Below, piece after piece: positions 37,581 to 50,300 of a stretch of DNA of 64,000 bases; position 1 is the stretch's first letter, and each line of letters opens with the position of its first letter. The stretch spans positions 3,288,001 through 3,352,000 of the forward strand of contig CM075996.1 in the NCBI GenBank assembly GCA_038087875.1, written 5' to 3'. Made by a program: the position numbers and the translations under genes. Source of the stretch: Malacoraja senta (taxonomy: Eukaryota). The notes under the pieces were generated by a model. The model worked only from the letters and a program-made list of their open reading frames with translations, ran no database searches and was not told where the DNA came from.

Positions 37581-39166
37581 CTATGAACAAAAGCGAAAAC
37601 AACATCAGCAGTGTGAACTTGAAAATACGAATTGGTGTGGTACAATTCAATTGGTGCATACAACATTCAGATATTTTTTGTCTTCATAAGTTCGAGGAGC
37701 AGAATTAGGCCATTCGGCCCATCAAGTCTACTCCGCCATTCAATCATGGCTGATCTATATTTCCCTCTCAACCCCATTATCCTGTCTTCGCCCCATAACC
37801 CGACACCCTTACTATTGAATTTTAGTTTGAGTTTTAGAGATACAGCATGGAAACAGGCCCTTCGGCCCACCGAATCCATGCCGACCAACACTTTACACTT
37901 TATCTTTACGATTACCTTTAGTTCTGTTATCCCAGTTTTGGATCTTACACATTGGGGACAATTTACAGAAGCCAATTAACCTACAAACCTGCATGTCTTT
38001 GGAATGTGGGAGGAAACCAGAGCAGCTGGAGAAAACCCACGCGGTCACGGATCGAATGTACAAACTCCGTAGGCAGGATCGAACCCGTCTATCTGGCGTT
38101 GTAAGGCAGCAACTCTACCACTGTGCCGTCCAAGTTATGCACACAAAAAAATCTGTAAAATAATTCACTCATCAACCATTTGTTAACCTACAAAATATTA
38201 AGAGATATAATAAATAACAGTATGCTCAGCAACAAGATATGACAATGCAGAATTGTGCAAATAAGCACCCTTCAAAATAAATGTTATATTTTGAAGGAAC
38301 TTGCAGTAAGTAGCAGGATAGTTTGGCTAATGTGAATGTACCAATGTCTGCTTAGCTTTCATTATATCGTATAACATTCAGGTTTTGGATGGTAAGCAGC
38401 ACATAATATTTGCACTATGTAGTATCTTTTCATGATTCTTTCTGATGTTCAATGATATTACTGTCATTGTTACTGGCAGAAACTGGGCGTGCCACAAAGG
38501 TACAACTGTAACGGGAGGGTGAAATAAAATCAGAAAAACGGTCTCCACATTTTAACTCACATTATAACTACACAAGTTTTAACTCAATTTTGTTTTTACA
38601 CAGAGACTGCCAGGGAGGTGGTGGAGGCAAATATGATAGAGACTTTAAGATGGGCAAATGGATAAGCAGGGAATGGAGAAATGTGGATTGTGTGCAGGCA
38701 AGTAAGAGTTGGTGGTGGCATTATGTTCAGCACATACATTGTGGGCCGAAAGGTCTGTTCCTGTGCTGTACCTTTCTATAAAGAAGACAGATGCAAAGAG
38801 CTGGAGTAACTCAGCGAGTCAGGTAGCATCTCTGGAGAAAAGAAATAGGTGATGTTTCGGGTCAAGACCCTTCTTCAGACCTTCCACTCCAGCTTTTTGT
38901 GCCTGTCTTCGGTTTAAAAAAGCATCTGCAGTTCCTCCTTACAATGTGTCTCAGATAGAACAATGAAATTCTTACGTAGCAGCACAACAGAATACGTTAA
39001 CATGGTGCGTAGGAAGGAACTGCAGATGCTGGTTTAAACCGAAGACACAAAATCTCGACCCGAAACGTCACCATTCCTTCTCTCCAGAGATGTAGCCCGT
39101 TCTGCTGAGTTCCTCCAGCCTTTGTGCCTATCTTCGATGTAAACAATAAATGAGAAAAAAATTCAG

Positions 39167-39391
39167 TGTGTGTATATGTGTAAATATATACACACACACA
39201 TATATATATGTACACACGCACACACACATATATACTCACATATATGCATATACACACACATATATATTTTATATACACACACACACATATATATATATGT
39301 AACACAGATATATATATATACACACACAGATATATATATATATACACACACAGATGATATATATATATACACAGATCAATATATATCACAG

Positions 39392-39424
<33 letters not shown>

Positions 39425-39533
39425 TATATATATACACACACACACATATATATATATACACACACACTTATATATATGTATATATATATACACACACTTA
39501 TATATATATATACACACACATATATATATATAT

Positions 39534-39586
<53 letters not shown>

Positions 39587-40062
39587 TACACACACATATA
39601 TATATACACACACATATATATATACACACACACACACACATATATATATATACACACACGCATATATATATATACACACACGCATATATATATATACACA
39701 CACACATATATATATTATATATACACACACACATATATATATATATATACACACATATATATATATATATACACACACACATATATATATATATACACAC
39801 ACACATATATATATATATACACACACACATATATATATATATACACACACACACATATATATATATACACACACACACATATATATATATACACACACAC
39901 ATATATATATATATACACACACACATATATATATATACACACACACATATATATATATATACACACACTCATATATATATATATAACACACACACATATA
40001 TATATATACACACACTCACATATATATATATATACACACACACATATATATATATATATTAT

Positions 40063-40093
<31 letters not shown>

Positions 40094-40198
40094 CACACAC
40101 ACTATATATATTATATATATATATACACACACACATATATATATATATACACACACACATATATATATATATATACACACACACATATATATATATAT

Positions 40199-40229
<31 letters not shown>

Positions 40230-40282
40230 CACACACACATATATATATATATATACACACACACACATATATATATATATAT

Positions 40283-40374
<92 letters not shown>

Positions 40375-40383
40375 CACACACAC

Positions 40384-40474
<91 letters not shown>

Positions 40475-41174
40475 TATATATATATATATACACACACACA
40501 CATATATATATATATACACACACACACTATATATATATATATATACACACACACACATATATATATATATATTACACACACACATATATATATATATATA
40601 CACACACACATATATATATATATATACACACACACATATATATATATATATACACACACATATATATATATATACACACACACATATATATATATAATAC
40701 ACACACACATATATATATATACACACACACAATATATATTGTATATACACATATTGTGTGTGTAGTATATACACACATATATATATATACACACACATAT
40801 ATATATATACACACACATATATATATATACACACACATATATATATATATACACACACATATATATATATACACACACATATATATATATACACACACAC
40901 ATATATATACACACACACATATATATATATACACACACACAATGTATATATACACACACACATGTATATATACACACACACACACGTATATATATATACA
41001 CACACACGTATATATATATACACACACACGTATATATATATACACACACACATATATATATACACACACACACACATATATACACACACACACATATATA
41101 TATACACACATATATATATATATACACACACACAATATATATATATATACACACACACATATATATATATATAT

Positions 41175-41221
<47 letters not shown>

Positions 41222-41458
41222 TATATATATATACACACACACACATATATATATACACACACACACACACACATATATATATACACACGCACACACACAT
41301 ATATATATACACACATATATATATATATATATATACACACACATATATATATATACACACACACATATATATATACACACACACACATATATATATATAT
41401 ATACACACACACACATATATATATATATATACACACACACACATATATATATATATAT

Positions 41459-41505
<47 letters not shown>

Positions 41506-41574
41506 TATACATACACACACACAGACATATACATACACACAGACATATATATACGCAGACATATACATACACAT

Positions 41575-41635
<61 letters not shown>

Positions 41636-41660
41636 CATACACACACACACACACAAACAT
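39167..41660. repeat. Compound (TA)n(CA)n microsatellite, about 2.5 kb
   Basis: Alternating TA and CA blocks. Confidence 0.98.
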
Positions 41661-43683
41661 ACATGTTCCATAAGCAAGTGATCAAAAGCTGGAAAAACCA
41701 TCACACAATAAATCACAATCTGAATGAATGACATTATTTTGGGCCATTTGTATATTTTCTTTACAAGAAAGGACATAAATAAAGAAGCATGTCCGCGCTC
41801 CCTCCTAGGCCTCGGGCTCTCTGTGTGGGGAGTCGGGGCGAGGGTTGGGGGAAACACAACCAAAGCTCCCGAAACCAGCTCAGCCTCCGCCACACACTCA
41901 CGCTATGCGAGTATCCGTCCACAAGGCTCGTTACCTGGGCACCTTTCTCCTCTGTTCTTTAATTTCGTTCGGTCTAAATTTTCCGCGGAAACACGCGATG
42001 AACAACCAACCGGTAACTTGGGTTCTTCACCGTAAAGGTTCCCTCTCCGTCGCGGCTGCAACCACCAAAGAACAGTTCCGCTGCTCAGGAGGGATCAAAA
42101 CAAAAGGTCTGAAGAAGGGTCTCGACCCGAAACGTCACCTACTCCTTTTCTCCAGAGATGCTGCCCGACCCGCTGAGTTACTCCAGCTTTTTGTGCCTCT
42201 CTCTACTGTTTGAAAACTTCTCATTACAGCAACAGAAGTCTCTGGGGACTCAGTTGGGCTCAGTAGTCTTACTGTGAAGACTATTCAAAATTGTGCTCTC
42301 TCCTTCATATCCATACTTGGGTAGTTACTTTTCCTATTTTTGATATTTTACCAGTTGTAAAAGCTCCAATGGCACTATTACTAAGAACTTTAAGCTTCAT
42401 CTCAGTTCAGCCATGAATGGTGGTGCTGGCTCGAAGGGCCGAATGACCTACTCCTGCACCTATTTCTATGTTTCTATCCTTCTATCTTTCAATATTGCTC
42501 AAAATCCCTCAACCAAAAAAAAAGCACTGTAAAAAGACATAGAAATTGCATTGAGTAGATTGACGGCTGTGCTTTCTGTAATGGTGATTTGTATATTTGG
42601 TATTTATTGCAGAACAAAAACAGAAAATGCTGAAAATACTAGGGAAGTCAGGGTGCATTAATGGGAAGAGAAACAGTTAACATTTCTCGTATAAAGCCCT
42701 TCATCAGAACGTCTTAGGCCTGAAATGTTAACTTTATTCCTCTTGCCACAGATGCAGTCTGACCTGCTTTTTCAGTATTTTCTGTTTTTATTATATATTT
42801 AGTTTTTTTTAACATTTTCGTTTATTACAAAATTTTGGATCACTGTACGGTTGGGAAAAGACCTATATAAAAGTCTTTCTCCCTAAATTTTTGAACTGCT
42901 CGAGGATATTACATTTTTAAGGATAATGCACAAATTCGAATAAAATTTCAAATATTCAATTATCTTATGTATTTAACTACAGTTTTGAGTTATAATGCAA
43001 CATATGCTAAAATATGCAGCAGGCTAGGCAGCAGCTATGGAGAGAAACAAAGCTGACATTTCAGCAGAACTGGCTTGTTCTGTCATGAACTGGAAAGGCT
43101 GGTTATCTGAAATTGTTGAATCCATTGCTGGGGCCAGGGGGCTGCAATATGCCTTGTCTAATATACAAATAATCTAACTAAGTTATAACAGGAAGCAAAC
43201 ATTATTTGACTGGTCCACAAGATGAATCTAGGTGTAAACCAGCATCGTCAGGGGAGGGATGGAGAGGGAAAGCGAGGGTCACTTGAAGTTAGAGAAGTCA
43301 GTGTAAGCTGCCCATGCAAAATACAAGGTGCTTCTCCAATTTGATGACAATTTTCTGACAGTGGAGGAGACCCAGGACAGAAAGGTCAGTGTGGGAATGG
43401 GAGGGGGATATAAAGTGTTTAGCAACCAGGAAATCAGGTTCGTTTAGGCGGACTGAGCAGCATCTGCAGATCCTTCCTAATCAACAATATGTGTATATAT
43501 GTACGTATATATGTGGATATGTGTGTATATACAGACATTTAACTTTTTTTTCTCGTTTATTACATTGTTTACAGTATACTATGTTTACATATTCTGTTGT
43601 GCTGCTGCAAGTAAGAATTTAATTGTTTTATCTGGAACACATGACAATGAAGCACTCTTGACTCTTGAATTTGACACACAACT

Positions 43684-44243
43684 GTGAGACCACACCTGGA
43701 GTATTGTGTGCAGTTTTCATCTCCTAATTTGAGGAAGGACATTCTTGCTATTGAGGGAGTGTAGCATAGGTTCACAAGGTTAATTCCCAGGATGGCAGGA
43801 CTGTCATATGATGAAAGAATGGAGCGACTGGGCTTGTATTCACTGGAATTTAGAAAGATGAGAGGGGATCTTATAGAAACATAGAAAATTATTAAGGGAT
43901 TGGACACGCTAGATGCAGGAAACATGTTCCCGATGTTGGGGGGAGTCCAGAACCAGGGGCCACAGCTTAAGAATAAGGGGTAGGCCATTTAGAACTGCGA
44001 TGAAAAACGTTTTCACGCAGAGAGTTGTGAATCTGTGGAATTCTCGGCCTCGGAAGGCAGTGGAGGCCAATTCACTGGATGCATTCAAGGGAGTTAGATA
44101 GAGTCTTGGGGCTAGAGGAATCAAGGGATATGGGGAGAAGGCAAGAATGGGGTACTGATTGTAGATGATCAGTCATGATCACATAGAATGGCGGTGCTGG
44201 CTCGAAGGGCCGAATGGCTTACTCCTGCACCTATTGTCTATGT
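43684..44243 (+). mobile_element. CR1-clade LINE 3' fragment
   Basis: Degenerate VRPHLEYCVQF...RLGLYSLEFRKMRGDLIET and the same 3' UTR as the 10648-11440 copy. Confidence 0.85.
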
Positions 44244-44793
44244 AACTGTAATAACAAAAATCTATTATAAAAAAGGACTTACACGGTTTCTGGCAATTAG
44301 GACAGAGATGGCATATATCTGGATCTGGATCTGGATGTAATACGCTGAAAAGCTCTAGGTAGAGAGAGCATCACTCAGCACTCTGATGGTGTTGGATGTG
44401 CTAGTCGAGATGGAGATGCTCTTAGGAGATGCATCTTTGTGTGTGTTGTTTTTGGAGATCTCTGATGCTGGCTGGTAGGGTATTCCAATCCCTTGCTGTC
44501 TTGATGAAAAACGAGTTAGAGAGTGCTCACATCAGTATTATGTCTTGTGATGCTTCAAATGTATATACCAGACGCCAGTGTATATACTTATATAATGGTA
44601 TATGGACACGCTGATCTGTTCTGTAGTCAATGCCTACTATGTACTATGAGTCTGAAGAAGGGTTTCGGCCCGAAACGTTGCCTATTTCCTTCGCTCCATA
44701 GATGCTGCTGCACCCGCTGAGTTTCTCCAGCATTTTTGTGTACCTACTATGTTCTTGTTTAAGAAGGAACTGCAGATGCTGGAAAATCCCAGG

Positions 44794-45165
44794 CAGTGGC
44801 AGACTGGCCAGGGTGGTCAGCTTGCCCGATGGCAAGTGGGCCCCTGATGAAGTGGGCCCCCTATATGGCGGTCGGAGGGGAGAGTGGACGCTGGCGCGGT
44901 TTCGTTGCCGCTGCTCTCTCCTCAAATTGTGCTTCTGATTTTCTTTTTTGTGTTTTGGAAGGAATTCTGTCCCTGATTTGTGTGTTGGTCTTTATAACTT
45001 ATTTTTTTTAAATTCTGATTATATGTTTCCTACAAATCTCTGTAAGGTGTCCTTGAGACCTCGGTATAAGGCGCCGGTAAATAAAATTCATTATTATTAT
45101 TATTATATCAAGTGGGTCCCCTTTGTCTCCTGGCAACCAATATTTTTAGACCCAGTCCGCCACTG
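44794..45165. mobile_element. hAT-like MITE inserted in a palindromic repeat
   Basis: TIRs CAGTGGCAGACTGG / CCAGTCCGCCACTG. Flanks ATCCCAGG and ATCCCCAGG form an ~8-bp TSD with a 1-nt indel. Confidence 0.72.
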
Positions 45166-45281
45166 ATCCCCAGGTAGACACAGAAATGCTGGAAAAAACT
45201 CAGCGGGTGCAGCAGCATCTATGGAGCGGAGGAGATGGGCAACGTTTCGAAGAAGGGTTTCGACCCGAAACGTTGCCTATT

Positions 45282-45481
45282 NNNNNNNNNNNNNNNNNNN
45301 NNNNNNNNNNNNNNNNNNNNNNNNNNNNNNNNNNNNNNNNNNNNNNNNNNNNNNNNNNNNNNNNNNNNNNNNNNNNNNNNNNNNNNNNNNNNNNNNNNNN
45401 NNNNNNNNNNNNNNNNNNNNNNNNNNNNNNNNNNNNNNNNNNNNNNNNNNNNNNNNNNNNNNNNNNNNNNNNNNNNNNNNN
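45282..45481. other. Assembly gap (200 N)
   Basis: Run of N. Confidence 1.
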
Positions 45482-45660
45482 TTGAAACCTATGGCTGCTA
45501 GTACTCTGCATGGTCGGTTCCATTAAGTTATTGGTGACCAAAGATGGTTTCTCTCCCCTCCTTTTCTTCCGTGTGGTCAATATTAGTTCTTCTGTGATCT
45601 AAAAGTTGCAGGTGGTTTATGTTGTGTTGCAGCAGCAGTTCGGACTGTACCTTTTGGTAG

Positions 45661-46196
<536 letters not shown>

Positions 46197-46422
46197 TTTA
46201 TAGTAGAGGTCCCGTCCACCCATCTATCCCATTGGAGACCTTCGAACAATCTTTAATCGGACTTTACCTTGCACTAAATTTTATACCCTTTATCCTGTAT
46301 CTACACTGTGGACGGCTTGATTGTAATCATTTCGAGTCTTTCGAACAAAAAAGGTTAAAGTCTTACAATTACTGAACTTAAGGTCTGAATGTGCATCAGT
46401 TTACACTCTTTCTTTCCTTCAG

Positions 46423-46530
46423 ATCATTCAGATGCTGCGTGAATACTTGGAAAGACTGGGTAACCGTCAAGAAACTGAGCAGTTGGATGATCTTTGCACA
46501 AAACTTCAGTTGACCAACACGAAGGAAGAG
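46423..46530 (+). CDS. ANKRD54: ANKRD54 penultimate exon
   Basis: Acceptor ttccttcag|. Translates IIQMLREYLERLGNRQETEQLDDLCTKLQLTNTKEE, donor |gtaggt. 108 nt. Confidence 0.92.
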
Positions 46531-46659
46531 GTAGGTAAAAAAACAAGAACGGGTTCTGAAAAACAGGAACCGATCAAGGGCAGTTGGGGAGGAAGAATGT
46601 TGGGTGTTGGATCACTGATTTTAGTGTTTCTGGGGTCTCTGGCACTGCAAGGCCAGAGA

Positions 46660-47132
46660 CCCCGGGATTCCCGGGATGGCGGGACTGTCATATGTTGAGA
46701 GAATGGAGCAGCTGGGCTTGTACTGGAGTTTAGAAGGATGAGAGGGGAACTAATTGAAACATATAAGATTGTTAAGGGCTTGGACACACTAGAGGCAGGA
46801 CACATGTTCCCGATGTTGGGGGAGTCCAGAACCCGGGGCCACAGTTTAAGAATAAGGAGTAAGCCATTTAGAACGGAGACGAGGAAACACTTTTTCTCAC
46901 AGAGAGTGGTGAGTCTGTGGAATTCTCTGCCTCAGAGGGCGGTGGAGGCAGGTTCTCTGGATGCTTTCAAGAGAGAGCTAGATAGGGCTCTTAAAAATAA
47001 CGGAGGCAGGGGATATGGGGAGAAGGCAGGAATGGGGTACTGATTGAGGATGATCAGCCATGATCACATTGAATGGCGGTGCTGGCTCAAAGGGCCAAAT
47101 GGCCTAATCCTGCACCTATTGTCTATTGTCTA
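46660..47132 (+). mobile_element. CR1-clade LINE 3' fragment in an ANKRD54 intron
   Basis: MRGELIETYKIVKGLD...RTRGHSLRI...FFSQRVVSLWNSLP, with a (CTATTGT)n tail. Confidence 0.85.
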
Positions 47133-47287
47133 AGGCAGCAACTGTGCTGCCCAAATCTCCCTTGCTCCTCTCCCAATTCATGAACTTGCCTTTCTCTGTG
47201 GGTGCCGGACATATTGCCATGTAATTTCAGAATTTTGCTTGAAATAACTTTATAACTTGCTTCTGCCTTCCTTCCTGCTCCATACAG

Positions 47288-47362
47288 GTCGATGAAGTTG
47301 CTGACCTACTCTCAAGCTTCACAACGCTCAGCCTACAAATACACAATTTAGATAAAAGGTAA
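47288..47362 (+). CDS. ANKRD54: ANKRD54 terminal coding exon
   Basis: Acceptor catacag|. Translates VDEVADLLSSFTTLSLQIHNLDKR*. AATAAA at 47524-47529 and 47864-47869. Confidence 0.92.
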   Translation, partial: VDEVADLLSSFTTLSLQIHNLDKR

Positions 47363-50300
47363 CTGACCCTCCCCATCCCACCACTGTTAGAATTCAGCGG
47401 GACCCAACGCAAGAACAAGGATCCTTGTAAATACCTGTGAAAATGACCACATTGACTCTTCATCTTCTCCAGCTGCTTGAGGTCTTAGTCTTAGAAACAT
47501 TGCAGAATTCTTGTTATCAGTGTAATAAAGTTGATAAAATCTTGGAACAAAGCTTTGAATTTAACAGTTCAAACGTTAACTGTGGCGGGATTTGGTCCAA
47601 TAATATTGACAAGTCTTAAAGATGTCCTTCATTTTCCAGTGTGAAGCACAATGAGGTAATTTATGATCATGGCGAAAGATCTGTTCCAAGCATTTTTATT
47701 TAACTTTAGGTTGTGTTTGTCTAACTGATCTTAAAGTCCCTTGAATTTAATTCAGAATGGGACTGTGTACCTTGTTTGTGATGTATGAGATTATCAGTTT
47801 TATCGATCAGAAACATGTTAAATTGTGATGTTAAATGAATTTTCAATGCAGTTTTATGTGTAAAATAAAATTCCAGAAAACGTGTTAGCTTTTGGTGAAA
47901 CTGAGTGTAATTTGTTTAATCTGCAGGGTTAATTTTCAGGGAGTATCTAGGACCAGAGGCCACAGCCTCAAAAGATAAGGACCTACCTTCAGAATAGAGA
48001 TGAGGAGGGATTTCTTTGCTAAAGGGTGGTTCATCTGTGGAGGGCAATTCCTTGGGTGTTTTTAAAGCGGTGATTGATAGGTTTGTCATTAGTAAGGGGG
48101 TCAAAGGTTATGGGGAGAAGGCAGGGGTTGAGAGAAAAATAGATCAGCCATGATCGAATGGCAGAGTAGACTGGATGGGCCGAATGGCCTGATTCTGCCC
48201 CGGTCATAATTTAGCATTTTTGTTTTAAAAGATAACACCGTGGCACTAAACTGTGAGGAACTGAATAAACAGCGAGTTCAGTCTTTCTGGGGCAGAGTGG
48301 TGAATCGTGACTGCTGTAGGGTGACTTCTTTTTTTTATTGTTCCCCAACAAATGCAATGACTGGATAGTAAGCATTAGAAGCTGCACCTACAGCTAATTA
48401 CTTTAAAACATTTCCTCCCAAAACTCAAATATAAACTCAGTCATTGTCAGATCATGTTTCCTTATTCATCAGTTTTGGTGTTCACAGAACACAGAAACAG
48501 TCTCTTTGGCCCACAATCAATCAGGGGGAATATTCTTAACACAGTGACTGTTAAAATGCACTGTCCAGACATGAAGAATATTGGGAAATTTTGATGCATA
48601 TTAAACAGCTGCATGCATTGTTAGTCTTCAGTCACAAGTAATCGCCACCCTCAGCCAAAGAGCTTTCAAGTACAGGTGTGAATACGTGCCTTATATTAAG
48701 GTGATCCTGGAGAGTTAGTGGCGACATTAGGCAATAAAATACCTGCCCTTTCATTGAGGAATCCTCACTGTATTTGCTTCTATGACTATTCTTTTCTGAC
48801 ATGAAATTGATAAAGTACTGGCCTTCAAATTATCTAATAGCAGTTAATGTAAATGGGTTCTCAATTTCTTTAAAGAAATGAGTTAATCTCAAAAGATGCA
48901 CTGCACTATTCCATTGCAGGTCTGCTTGCCAGCTGCTAAAAGCATGGTTTGGATGTTTTTATTTAATTACAACTAGTTAAATATTTAAAGTGGTAGTTCT
49001 GAGTTTGGAGTTTATATGGAATGATTTCAAGGACTGATAATATTATGGTTAAGAGTATTTACTTGTCATGTGGACCAGAACAGTGAAATTCATCCTTGCT
49101 GCAGTTATACCGGCACATTAAATTCAACAGCATAAATAAGTATATAATAAAGTTAGTTATAGTAGGTAAATTGGGAAGTATCTCTAGTAATTAGTTACTC
49201 GGGATCAACTGCACAGTGGGCACTGGGAATAAGGGGAGTCATTAATTTATCCGGATTCTCCATGTTTCTCAGGTGAAGTAAAACTCAAGTTTTATTGCAC
49301 ACAAGAGACAAGCAAGCCTGAAAACATCCCACTGAAACAGCAGGGCTTCAGATCACCCAAGCAAAACTGGGCCTGTCTGATGTTAGCCTCCATTGTGGAA
49401 CATGACCATGATAAAGCTTACAAATTGTTCTCCCATGACTTTACATCGATGTCACCTCTCCTATCCTAGTTATCCGACTAGTTTCACTGTCCTGATTAAT
49501 TTTACTGATTGAATACCTGCTTGGCTGATCTATCTTTCTCCCATAAACCCGACACCCATACGAATCAAGAATCTATCTATGTCTGCCTTAAAAATATCCA
49601 TTGACTTGGCTTCCACAGCCTTCTGTGGCAATCAATTCCAGATTCACCACCCTCTGACTAAAGAAATTCCTCATCTCCTTACCAAAGGAACATTCTTTTA
49701 TTCTGAGGCTATGACCTCTGGTTCTCGACTCTCCCACTCGTTGAAACAACCTCTCCACATCCACTCTATCCAGCACTCTGCTCCAACTTTAAAACACACC
49801 ATCCACTTACCAGCTAGATTCCCATATCCCTCCCAGTGTCCAAAGTGCTTTTGGTCCATAGCTATTTAATGACTTAAGTACCCACACGTCGTCTTATTAA
49901 TCATTGGAAACTGTGCACCACATGGTCCCCCATTCACACACTCAGAAGAATCAGGAAGTGCAATTAGTATTTAACCCTTTTGAGTATTTTAATATCTTTT
50001 GCATTTTAAATACACTTCACATAACATTTGCAAAAAGATTCAGCAATTTCCAATGCTGATTATAAAGTAGAATAAGAAAAGTACAGACCACTTAATTTAC
50101 AATATTCTGAATTAACAAAACATTTGCAACCTAATTTGCAACTCTTTAGTATATTCCATCCTTGCTACATCAGCACTTAGGAGCCAGGCATTTTCCATGT
50201 TGGGAAATGAGAGGTGCAGTTAGTGATGTGTCCGACCCACAGGAATGAAAAGTGTAACATGAAGTATGGACCTCTGGTTCAGCACCGTAGTAATACAAGA

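Noticed and set aside
41760..41776. ATG TCC TTT CTT|gtaaag as EIF3L exon 1
   Set aside because: Poor Kozak context, weak donor, and it lacks the acidic N-terminal peptide expected for EIF3L.
38997..41893. ORFs of 300-600 aa rich in Y/I/H/T/C/V
   Set aside because: These are translations of the (TA)n(CA)n microsatellite.
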